This document shows positions 39,071 through 47,771 of a stretch of DNA of 64,000 bases, one piece after another; the first letter of the stretch is position 1, and every line of letters begins with the position of its first letter. Source of the DNA: Gammaproteobacteria bacterium (GTDB taxonomy: Bacteria; Pseudomonadota; Gammaproteobacteria; Coxiellales; Coxiellaceae); assembly GCA_013287505.1 (NCBI GenBank), contig JABDDR010000001.1, forward strand, positions 17,931 through 81,930, written 5' to 3'. Position numbers and translations under genes: made by a program. Below the pieces are notes generated by a model that was given only the letters and a program-made list of their open reading frames with translations, searched no databases and was not told the origin of the DNA.

Positions 39071-39649
39071 ATGGCCATCAGCTTACAAACAGCGATCGAA
39101 GTACCTGCAACACTTACCGCGTTTTTAAATATCTATCTGGCCGCACGTGCCAATATTTGGAATTGGTTATTCGGCATTTTCGCCGTTATTCTGTATGGCA
39201 TTATTTTTTATCAATCACGACTGTATGGCGATATGTCATTACAAGCCGTTTATTTATTTTTTCAATTCTATGGCTGGTATCAATGGAAATTCGGTGGCTC
39301 TCATACATCCGCACTATCCATCACCCATATGCCAAAATTGCAATACGCCATTTTAACCGGTGTATTTTTAATTTTATTTGGCATTTTTTATTTTTTATTG
39401 TCCCATTACACCAATTCGAATACGCCCATCATTGATGCCTTTACAACGTCGCTCAGCTTAATTGCGCAGTGGATGATGTGTAAAAAATGGCTGGAAAATT
39501 GGGTTTTGTGGATTGTAATGGATTTGATATCACTCTATATGTATTCTTATAAGCATCTTTACTTAACCACCCTGCTCTATGCGGCTTTTATCGTGCTATG
39601 CGTAATGGGCTATCGCGAGTGGAAAAAGGCGCTCGTCACCCAACCATAA
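39071..39649 (+). CDS. pnuC: Nicotinamide riboside transporter PnuC
   Basis: ANIWNWLFGIF...FQFYGWYQW Trp-rich PnuC pattern. The start is set at ATG 39071; the ORF-track start at 39008 is a TTG. Confidence 0.8.
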   Translation: MAISLQTAIEVPATLTAFLNIYLAARANIWNWLFGIFAVILYGIIFYQSRLYGDMSLQAVYLFFQFYGWYQWKFGGSHTSALSITHMPKLQYAILTGVFLILFGIFYFLLSHYTNSNTPIIDAFTTSLSLIAQWMMCKKWLENWVLWIVMDLISLYMYSYKHLYLTTLLYAAFIVLCVMGYREWKKALVTQP

Positions 39650-39727
39650 CACGCTTGCTATGACTTTTTGCGGTCGTCCTGCTATCATCTTAAGACATAC
39701 ATCCAAACCTTATGAGGTCGCCTTAAT

Positions 39728-40303
39728 ATGAAGATAATAATAATCATTGCAGCGCTCATCGTAATAGGCATGCTCTTTGTCAGCATATACAACAAACTCA
39801 TCGCCTATATCGAGGCTGTCAAAAATAACCAGAAACAGATCGATATTCAGCTGGATCGCCGTTACAAAGTGTTTGAATCACTCACCGACGTTGTTCGTAA
39901 ATACATGGATTACGAACAATCTACTTTAAAACAAGTAGTTGCATTAAGAACCCAAGCCGAAACCGCCAAAGCGGCCGGTGATGAACAAGGTCGTATTGCA
40001 GCAGAAAATAAGATTTCGGGTGTTTTGGGCGGTATTAACGCGGTATTTGAGCAATACCCCGATCTCAAAGCCAATCAAAGTGCGATGCAATTACAGGAAG
40101 AAATTGTCAGTACAGAGAATAAATTAGCTTATGCAAAGCAAGCATTGAACGACAGTATAGAACGGTACAATGCCAATAAAAAATCACTTATTCAATCGAT
40201 GGTTGTCAGCGCTTTTCCTTCAAAGTTAAACTTTGATTTTCCATATTGGCAATTAACGGCTGATCAAGTAAAAACACAAGAAAATTACACGGTTAAATTA
40301 TGA
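39728..40303 (+). CDS. lemA: LemA family protein
   Basis: N-terminal TM segment plus YNKLIAYIEAVKNNQKQIDIQLDRR, the LemA signature. Confidence 0.85.
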   Translation: MKIIIIIAALIVIGMLFVSIYNKLIAYIEAVKNNQKQIDIQLDRRYKVFESLTDVVRKYMDYEQSTLKQVVALRTQAETAKAAGDEQGRIAAENKISGVLGGINAVFEQYPDLKANQSAMQLQEEIVSTENKLAYAKQALNDSIERYNANKKSLIQSMVVSAFPSKLNFDFPYWQLTADQVKTQENYTVKL

Positions 40304-41370
40304 ATGATGATGCGATACACGCTCACGCCACTGATTGGCGTGAGTCGCTGAAACAAAATCAGCGACGCACGACCTTCGTCATCATTTCTTTTATTTTTAT
40401 CTATGCATGCATCGGACTGATTATTGATTTATATATTTGCTCCGGCAGATATCCAACTATCCCATTATCACAATTATTTTATCAGCTCATCACATTTCAA
40501 TTATTCCCGCTTGCAACCATTGTCGCGAGCATAGTCGCATTCATTGCTATTTTTGTGACATTTGCGTTTCACGATAAATTTATGTTACTCGGTTCTGAGT
40601 ACCGCGAAATAACGCCAAAATCTGCGAAAAACGTGCAAGAACAAAAGCTGTATAATGTCGTTGAAGAAATGAAAGTCGCCGCGGGATTGCGATTTATGCC
40701 GAAAGTATTTTTAATCGATGCAGCCTATATGAATGCATTTGCTAGCGGCTACAGTGAAAAATCAGCGATGGTTGCAATCACGCAAGGGTTAATCGATAAA
40801 TTGGATCGTGATGAATTAACAGCAGTCATGGCGCATGAGCTCAGTCATGTGCGTCATATGGATATTAAACTCACATTAATGGCCTGCGTTTTAAGCAATA
40901 TTACATTAATTTTAGTCGATATCTTATTTTGGAATGCGCTTTTTTCAGGACGCGGGAATAATGATCGTGAAGGTTCTGATCGAAATGCATTATTTATTGT
41001 AATTATTGCATTGCGCTATTTACTGCCATTAGTAACTGTATTGCTAATGCTTTATTTAAGCCGCACCCGAGAATATATGGCAGATGCGGGATGTGTTGAA
41101 TTAATGAGAAGCAATGAACCATTGGCAAGAGCACTACAAAAAATTCAAGATGATCATGCGCAAAACAGCGAACAATATAATCAAGCGTATGCATCAACAC
41201 CGCATGAATCTATTCGTCGTCAGGCTTATATATTTGATCCTGTACAGGCCGGCATCGAAACCACAAAATCAGCCAGTGATTTTTTCTCAACACATCCAGA
41301 TATCAAAAAACGCCTGGCCGCGATAGGAATTAATACGCCCTCACCTTCGAATACCACCGCCAATAAATAA
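40300..41370 (+). CDS. M48-family zinc metalloprotease (HtpX-like)
   Basis: HELSHV zinc motif and a downstream EYMAD. Membrane segments are present. ATGA overlap with lemA. Confidence 0.8.
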   Translation: MNDDAIHAHATDWRESLKQNQRRTTFVIISFIFIYACIGLIIDLYICSGRYPTIPLSQLFYQLITFQLFPLATIVASIVAFIAIFVTFAFHDKFMLLGSEYREITPKSAKNVQEQKLYNVVEEMKVAAGLRFMPKVFLIDAAYMNAFASGYSEKSAMVAITQGLIDKLDRDELTAVMAHELSHVRHMDIKLTLMACVLSNITLILVDILFWNALFSGRGNNDREGSDRNALFIVIIALRYLLPLVTVLLMLYLSRTREYMADAGCVELMRSNEPLARALQKIQDDHAQNSEQYNQAYASTPHESIRRQAYIFDPVQAGIETTKSASDFFSTHPDIKKRLAAIGINTPSPSNTTANK

Positions 41371-42676
41371 TACCAGCGCCAATCAACATCCCAATATTTC
41401 CACCCATCTTAAATCCAATCACGCCTGTATGCAGCGGAAACGCAAACCAATAACCAATCGGCAAAACCAAACACCACATAACGATCAATCCAATTTGCAT
41501 TGGAAATTGCGTGTCTAATAATCCCCGCAATGCGCCTGATAACACATCACGCATCGACGATAAAACCAATGTAATCGCCATAATAATAAATAAAATATGA
41601 ATTAAATGCAGAATCGCCACATTTTTCGCAAGGTGAATGTTAATGTAAAATGACGCGAAAAAATTTGGCAGAAAAATAAATCCAGTGCTAAACAATAAAA
41701 CAAGACTCAACGCTAACATAACACTCGAATTGCCAATAGCACGCAACTGATGATAATCACCCGCACCCACCGACTGCCCCACCAAAATCCCCGCCGCTTC
41801 CGACATCGCAAAAATAGGCACAATTAATAAAAACATCCACTGTTGCGTCACTTGTGCTGCCGCGAGTGCATTGGTGCCAAGCCATCCAATCATCATCGTC
41901 ACCACAAAAAACGCGCCTAATTCGCCACCAAATTGCACGCTCATCGGCCAACCCACGCGAAACACTTTTCGCAAATAAATTAATCCCTGGTGTGATCGTG
42001 ATTTTAATAATTCGAATTTTTTAAAATCATTAATAACGTAACAGCATGTCATCAAAATCAAACAATCTATCCATGCTTGAATCGCAAAGCTCAAACCCAA
42101 TCCTTCAACACCTAAGGGCGGGATACCCAATTTCCCAAAAATTAAAACATACGCGATCGGAACAGCCATCACCAAACTGATCGCATTAATAATAATCACC
42201 AGCCGCTGCTTTAAAATGCCATAGCAAAATTGTTCAAGACACGACTGAAACATAATGGGAATGACACCCCACGTGAGCGCATGAAAATATTGACGCACAT
42301 AAACCAGCATTGTCGGCGATTCATGAAACAACGTTAAAAAATCATTGGCATACCAAAAGCAGACCATCATCAATAAACCAAGAAAAAAAGACAGCAACAT
42401 ACTCTGCTGTACCAACGCACCAATTTCATCGTATTTTTTCGCGCCAAATGATTGTCCGACGATAAAACTCAAAGAAAAAACAATAGAAATAAATATAAGC
42501 ATAGTGAAAGAGATGGTCGCATTAATTAACGCACACGACGCCAGCACTTCTCGTCCCAAATGAGCAACCATCATGGTAGAAATAAACCCGCTGAACATTT
42601 GCAAAAATCGCGAACCCGCCATCGGCAACGATAGATTCAGTACACGCTTCATTTGTGATAACGAAAACTGCTTCAT
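41330..42676 (-). CDS. MATE family efflux transporter
   Basis: 448 aa with 12 TM segments and a NorM-like N-terminus LPMAGSRFLQM. Confidence 0.85.
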   Translation of the reverse strand: MKQFSLSQMKRVLNLSLPMAGSRFLQMFSGFISTMMVAHLGREVLASCALINATISFTMLIFISIVFSLSFIVGQSFGAKKYDEIGALVQQSMLLSFFLGLLMMVCFWYANDFLTLFHESPTMLVYVRQYFHALTWGVIPIMFQSCLEQFCYGILKQRLVIIINAISLVMAVPIAYVLIFGKLGIPPLGVEGLGLSFAIQAWIDCLILMTCCYVINDFKKFELLKSRSHQGLIYLRKVFRVGWPMSVQFGGELGAFFVVTMMIGWLGTNALAAAQVTQQWMFLLIVPIFAMSEAAGILVGQSVGAGDYHQLRAIGNSSVMLALSLVLLFSTGFIFLPNFFASFYINIHLAKNVAILHLIHILFIIMAITLVLSSMRDVLSGALRGLLDTQFPMQIGLIVMWCLVLPIGYWFAFPLHTGVIGFKMGGNIGMLIGAGIIYWRWYSKVRAY

Positions 42677-42749
42677 GGAAGGCTCTGCTCACTTGATAAA
42701 AGGTTGCACAGGATACCAAGTGAAATTCCGATCTGCAATACAGGGTTTT

Positions 42750-42794
42750 GTAGAGACGTCGATTTATCGCGTCTCAATTTATCGCGGCTTGTAG
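42750..42794. repeat. REP-like unit plus partial unit upstream of tRNA-Asn
   Basis: gtagagacgtcgatttatcgcgtctc (identical to 19808-19833) is followed by aatttatcgcggcttgtag. Confidence 0.85.
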
Positions 42795-42867
42795 AAAAAA
42801 ACTCATTTTCGTATTGACCCAGCACCGCAGCATCAGTAACATACGGTTTCTTGAGTTTCTACCCAAT

Positions 42868-42942
<75 letters not shown>

Positions 42943-43263
42943 GAATAAACTTTTAAATCAAGATGTTACAGATCACTTCACCTCACTTTATTTTTCCTAA
43001 ACAGCGCATTGTGTCATATTTGTGACATGAATTCGCGTAGCAGCTTCTTTTAAGTGATTACCTGTTTATTTTTAAAAGTAAAAACATAGACAGGGTGATT
43101 TCCCATTTGCTTTTTAAGAATGCTGATTGCATTAAATTCTGATTGGGGAATTATTCGGATTGCCAACACTGGTGATGCAATTATTTTGGGGACAGTGGTT
43201 GAACACAGGGCATATTATTGAAGTCATTTAACCGGTACACTGTCCATCAAAATATTTTTATTG

Positions 43264-43550
43264 TTATTTGATCGACTGCAGCACCGCCGAAAAATACTTC
43301 GGTGGCTCCGGGCGATCAAACCACGCTAAAACCAATGATATATTTAATGTTTTTGCATGATTTAGAATAATGAGCTCTTCATTTTCAACATAAGGTTTTG
43401 CAAATTCCTTGGCAAGCGTTGTATAGCCAATACCATTTGCAACCATCAAAGCTAAATTTTCCGTACGATTGACAAAATAACGACTGTGATTTGCCTCATC
43501 AAATAAATCATAATGCTTGAGATAATCAGCGGTGATAAAATCATTAAAAT
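43264..43550 (-). pseudogene. LysR-family regulator, C-terminal substrate-binding fragment
   Basis: Own translation in this frame gives ...DFITADYLKHYDLFDEANHSRYFVNRTENLALMVANGIGYTTLAKEFAKPYVENEELIIL...LAWFDRPEPPKYFSAVLQSIK. There is no HTH domain and no start. Confidence 0.6.
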
Positions 43551-43904
43551 AACAGTCATACCCTTTTTGATTTTCTGATCTGTGATCGGCGAATATCCTG
43601 ATTGTTTAATATCATCATTCGTAAAAAAAACATGTCGTTGCAAAAGATAAGGATTATGTTCGCTTTTTTTCAAAAATTTAGAAGTACTGTCCATAGGAAA
43701 ACGTTGATTAGCATTAAAATTAATCTGGATGTTATTGTAAGTATCAATAGCCGATAGTCCAATGTGAACATGATGGGTGATTTCTAATCGATGCAGTTTT
43801 TGCGAGACGGTATGCATGATAGCATTGAGTTTGTCTTCACCGGCAAATGCGTTACAAGATAAGAATAAAATGGTCAGTAAAAATAATTTATTAGGTAATT
43901 TCAT
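43551..43904 (-). pseudogene. Class A beta-lactamase, N-terminal fragment fused out of frame to the LysR fragment
   Basis: Signal peptide, the active-site context RFPMDSTSKF (SxxK) and YSPITDQKIKKGMTV. The similarity then stops, and no SDN or KTG motifs follow. Confidence 0.6.
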
Positions 43905-44406
43905 ATTGTTTCATTAACAATTGTAGTAATTTTTTAATACTGCTTTCTTTAGTTTCCAGCAACAACTTTTTAGTAAAATATTTTTCATAATGAGTCATTA
44001 CAGTGGGATCATCGTTTACGAAAGGCAAAAATCGTTTTTTTAATTCCCTTGCATGGCCATGATCTGATTTTCCCAAAACACGCAGCAGCATCGCTTCAAA
44101 ACAGGGTTCTGATGTCAATAGATGAATTGAACGTTTCTCAGCTTCTTTTTGAATCTTTGTATTCCAGCAGGTTGTATCGGTGTCGAATACAACGGCAACA
44201 ACATCATATTGTGCATTAAACGTTTGCCGGATAGTCCAATCAATCACATGTTTTGCACCCTTGCCTTGCGCATTTTTAATTTTGATTTGTCGACCATCAT
44301 TGCGCTGCGAAAATAATTGTTTCACATAATTTAAAAATGCAACTTCGCTATACCCCTCGCCTACGATTAATAATGTTTCTTTGGCTTTCCATGTCGACAT
44401 ATTCAT
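43891..44406 (-). CDS. RloB-like (Toprim-like) protein
   Basis: Three RloB-family motifs are present: LLIVGEGYSE, VVAVVFDTD and SEPCFEAMLL. It lies 5 nt downstream of the ATPase gene. Confidence 0.7.
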   Translation of the reverse strand: MNMSTWKAKETLLIVGEGYSEVAFLNYVKQLFSQRNDGRQIKIKNAQGKGAKHVIDWTIRQTFNAQYDVVAVVFDTDTTCWNTKIQKEAEKRSIHLLTSEPCFEAMLLRVLGKSDHGHARELKKRFLPFVNDDPTVMTHYEKYFTKKLLLETKESSIKKLLQLLMKQYEIT

Positions 44407-44411
44407 TCTTC

Positions 44412-45596
44412 TTATAAATTAGGCACGGCGCCATAGTGACCCGCCATATATTTTGCATAAAAATTATCATCACTGCGAATTCCCTCAACGGCATCTAATC
44501 GACATGCAGTACTTTCACACTGATCATTTTTTTGAACCAACATAATTTGAGATTTGTGAACCAGATTTAAAATTTCAGGAGAATGACAGGAAAATAATAA
44601 TTGTGCGTTATGAGGGTTAGTTTTTGGATTAGCAAATAAATCCAAAATAGGCTCAAGCATATGGGGATGCAAATCATTTTCAAGCTCATCGATAATCGCA
44701 ACACCACCGACTGCTAACGTCGACAAGAGTGGTGCAAGTAGAGAAAACGCTGCCTGAGTGCCGCTAGATTCTTCGGAAAAAGGGAGCGTATATTCTTTCT
44801 TATGAGACTTGTGCTTACCATACGCTTGCCAAATTTTTTGTGTGCTGTTTTCAAAATTGACGTCTTTTTCTATTAATTCAATGCCAGATAATCCCAAATC
44901 CCAAGTCGATAATAACTTTTCCATTTGCTGATAACGTATTTTGTTCTCTGCATAATATTTTGCAGCACCCCAGAAAGCTGTAAGCTCACCACCGTAGACA
45001 CGACCGCCATAAATGGACATATTGCTAATCACCGAAAGATGCGCCATGCGCTGCGCCAGCGGTATACCATATTGCGCTGCAGTGGAAATGAGCGAAGCAT
45101 TTTTTCGTACCTTCAATGCTTCTTGTAAATTAAATTCAAAATCCTGAAGTTTAATGGCATAACACTTTTTTGCATCATCCCATTCACGCACAAAAACATA
45201 ACCAAAACGTTCGCGTTTTTGATACAACGCTTCAAACAAAACTAGCTCTTTTGTACAGCGCAATTCATATCGCCACAATTTGCCATCAAGATCAAATAAT
45301 ATGCTAAATTCGGTTGGTTTATCATCAGCAGAAAAATGGGCTGAAATGGGAATCAATGACTCTGGCGAACTTTGAAAGGAAGCGTTAATAAACCAACCCA
45401 AAAATGCTAACGGCTTAAGTAATGCGGTTTTACCACCACCATTTGCACCAAGAACCGCCATTAACTTTGAAACTCGTTCACCGCTACTGGTTTCGCACAT
45501 CCAGTTGGTCAACTCCACCTTTTTGGTGACAGTCAGATCAACTTCTGTGCGTTCCTTAAAAGATTGGAAATTGGTGAAATCGTAGCTATAAATCAT
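44412..45596 (-). CDS. AAA_21/COG1106 ABC-type ATPase (OLD/AriA-like ATPase module)
   Basis: Walker A GANGGGKT, signature-like ESSGTQ, Walker B AIIDELENDLHP, FSCHSP, and the C-terminal GHYGAVP. ATG 45596 is preferred over the TTG at 45626. Confidence 0.8.
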   Translation of the reverse strand: MIYSYDFTNFQSFKERTEVDLTVTKKVELTNWMCETSSGERVSKLMAVLGANGGGKTALLKPLAFLGWFINASFQSSPESLIPISAHFSADDKPTEFSILFDLDGKLWRYELRCTKELVLFEALYQKRERFGYVFVREWDDAKKCYAIKLQDFEFNLQEALKVRKNASLISTAAQYGIPLAQRMAHLSVISNMSIYGGRVYGGELTAFWGAAKYYAENKIRYQQMEKLLSTWDLGLSGIELIEKDVNFENSTQKIWQAYGKHKSHKKEYTLPFSEESSGTQAAFSLLAPLLSTLAVGGVAIIDELENDLHPHMLEPILDLFANPKTNPHNAQLLFSCHSPEILNLVHKSQIMLVQKNDQCESTACRLDAVEGIRSDDNFYAKYMAGHYGAVPNL

Positions 45597-46152
45597 AGAA
45601 TTATCCGCTATTAATTTAAATAACAAACAGAATCATGTTAATAATAGCAGTTAATATAAAAATAGCTACTGTTTATCGTAAAAAACTCTTTTATCGGATC
45701 CTCGCTATAAAAAAATAACGCAAGGAATTGGGGTGTGTAGCCAAAACGTCACCAACTGTGACTGTTCTACCCTTGTGTTAGACGGTTGTAGACAGTTTTT
45801 CGTCCAATTTTGCATCACAAGTGTTTGATTTATAATGATCTATTGCCAATTTATGATCTAATACACAACTGTATTTGAAAATATCTTAATTTTTTGGCTG
45901 GCGATGCCAGACAAGCCTTCTGAGCCTTGCGTTTAAATTTTCTTTTAAAAATTACGGTCTTGAAATAAATGCAGCATCAAAAAATCATTCTATACAGCAA
46001 GCCAGGCGCATGCCTTTTGCGAAAAAAAGGCTCATAAGGCTTGTATGGTATCGACGCATTTATAAATATCCCAACAAAAATTTATTGTTTTATTTCATTT
46101 TTAAAAGAAAATAATCATTTTTAGAAACTTATTGCGCACTCTGATCAGGTCT

Positions 46153-46797
46153 TCATTCCACTTTTTTATAGAGTTTTATCTGCTTTCCAGTTGACGTGAA
46201 TAACCAATCCCAATCATAACTACCCAATGGTGTATCACCTTTGAATCGATAGCGATGCTGATTAGCAACTATATCACCCTTGTATTTTCCATGCATGACG
46301 ACATGATATTCGTTTCCATCTGTGACAAATCGAGAATGTGTACCAGTGACATTGATAGCATGTATTGCGCCAGATGTTGTCCAAGCTGATGTTTCGAAAT
46401 ATAGCGTTTTTCCATCGGGTGAAAAAGATAAATCCTGTGGGTCAACGATCATTTTGGTTGGTTCACCCGAACAATGATCCTTAACAAGCAGCCTATTTTT
46501 CATGGTTTTTAAATCATAAATCCAGAGCTCATCTGCATATTTGCCGTCAAGATCTGTGGAATCAGCACAACTTTTTGGCATAATATCGTTACTTTTTTTA
46601 ACAAATGCTAGCCATCTTCCGTTGGGCGATAAAATTGGATGACCATTTTTATCATCGTGCGTTAATTGCAGCACTTTATCTGCATTTTTTGAATAGAAAA
46701 AAATATTACCGGATGCAACATAAGTATATATTCCCTGATCTGCATAGGCTGTTGCAAAAAATAAAATGCACACGAAAAAACACATTATTTTTTGCAT
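46153..46797 (-). CDS. Secreted protein with PD40/TolB-like beta-propeller repeats
   Basis: Signal peptide MQKIMCFFVCILFFATAYA, with repeats SPNGRWLAF and FSPDGKTLYF. Confidence 0.55.
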   Translation of the reverse strand: MQKIMCFFVCILFFATAYADQGIYTYVASGNIFFYSKNADKVLQLTHDDKNGHPILSPNGRWLAFVKKSNDIMPKSCADSTDLDGKYADELWIYDLKTMKNRLLVKDHCSGEPTKMIVDPQDLSFSPDGKTLYFETSAWTTSGAIHAINVTGTHSRFVTDGNEYHVVMHGKYKGDIVANQHRYRFKGDTPLGSYDWDWLFTSTGKQIKLYKKVE

Positions 46798-46808
46798 AAC
46801 ATCCTCAG

Positions 46809-47468
46809 TTATTTCCTTATTAATAAATGCAACGGTTTTTGAAATGCGCTATTGGGTGGTGAGCGTAAAAATGTGTTTCCCAAATCGGATGAGCAGACCT
46901 CAAGCTCGAGCTCTCCATTTTTCGCCATGAAGATACACCGAGATTCAGAAACCCAGTTTTGCTCATCTAAATAGAATCGATACAGATTTTTTTGTATTAC
47001 TTCCACGCTAGATACCCGAAAAACTTCGGTTATCTTACCAACTTTATACCCCTCAAAATGCTGGATGGCTTGCCATAATTTTTTAAATTGCGCCGAATTA
47101 AAATTTTTAATTAGTCGATCATCATAGACACCTGTTTTTTCACGCAAAAATTTTTCATATTTTTTTGTAGGGTTATCTTTTGGTGGCGCAAATTTATAAA
47201 TCATCTGGTGGAGCGTTTTATTTCCATAAGTTGTATGCAATGAGTCTAACAATGCATCATGACCGCACTGATCATTTGGAAAAATAGCAAAAAAGTGTGT
47301 TTTTCCAATTTGATCATGCCGTTTGCTGACTGTGTCCGCATATAAATTACCTAAGTTATGGTTCCTCCACGTCCAAGTACCACCTGAAAAACGAAAATGC
47401 CTTCCATCTGTATCTGTATAAATTACAGAATGCTTTACACCACCAACAGCTTTCACAAATTGTTTCAT
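46809..47468 (-). CDS. Hypothetical cytoplasmic protein (GGTWTWRNHNLGNLY motif)
   Basis: 219-aa ORF with no signal peptide, 11 nt upstream of the beta-propeller gene. I cannot assign a family. Confidence 0.5.
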   Translation of the reverse strand: MKQFVKAVGGVKHSVIYTDTDGRHFRFSGGTWTWRNHNLGNLYADTVSKRHDQIGKTHFFAIFPNDQCGHDALLDSLHTTYGNKTLHQMIYKFAPPKDNPTKKYEKFLREKTGVYDDRLIKNFNSAQFKKLWQAIQHFEGYKVGKITEVFRVSSVEVIQKNLYRFYLDEQNWVSESRCIFMAKNGELELEVCSSDLGNTFLRSPPNSAFQKPLHLLIRK

Positions 47469-47504
47469 AATATTATAAAGGTTTAAATTTTTAATTTAAA
47501 TACC

Positions 47505-47538
47505 GTGTTTTTTACGAGTAAAAACACTACTTTTTTTT
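47505..47538. terminator. Stem-loop plus T-run between the AbiE remnant and the unknown cassette
   Basis: gtgttttttac-ga-gtaaaaacac (47505-47527) is followed by tttttttt (47531-47538) on the plus strand. The A/T-rich stem could act in both directions. Confidence 0.35.
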
Positions 47539-47589
47539 ATCACAATAAATAACGATTGATATTTTTTTCAAAAAGCCAGGTCGCGATTA

Positions 47590-47764
47590 TTTTGTGCGCG
47601 CGCTCCCGCTGATGAATGCATTAATTTGTAGACATACCAAACATACCTAAAAATCTCTTTCCACGTTTTGCAAGGTTGTTCCCAATCGATTGGCGGTTGC
47701 AAAAAAATAAGTCTTGTCGTTCGTGTTGCGCGGATGAGAGGATGCGAATAAATTCTGTATTCAT
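47590..47764 (-). pseudogene. AbiEii-type nucleotidyltransferase toxin, 5' remnant (frameshift plus premature stop plus truncation)
   Basis: The ATG at 47764 is 7 nt after the AbiEi stop. Removing one T from the T7 run gives ...RQDLFFATANRLGTTLQNVERDF*VCLVCLQ, resembling the conserved AbiEii N-terminus (VEKDFWVC) with TAG in place of Trp. Confidence 0.45.
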
Positions 47765-47771
47765 GATGTTC

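Noticed and set aside
38992-39435. 147-aa ORF overlapping pnuC in another frame, and 39147-39356
   Set aside because: The PnuC frame has the family-typical Trp-rich TM pattern. The others are off-frame artefacts.
41330-41370. 41-nt overlap of the convergent 3' ends of the M48 peptidase and MATE genes
   Set aside because: It is probably benign. Both C-terminal tails are unconserved-looking, so one stop may simply be late. There is no repeat or structure in the overlap.
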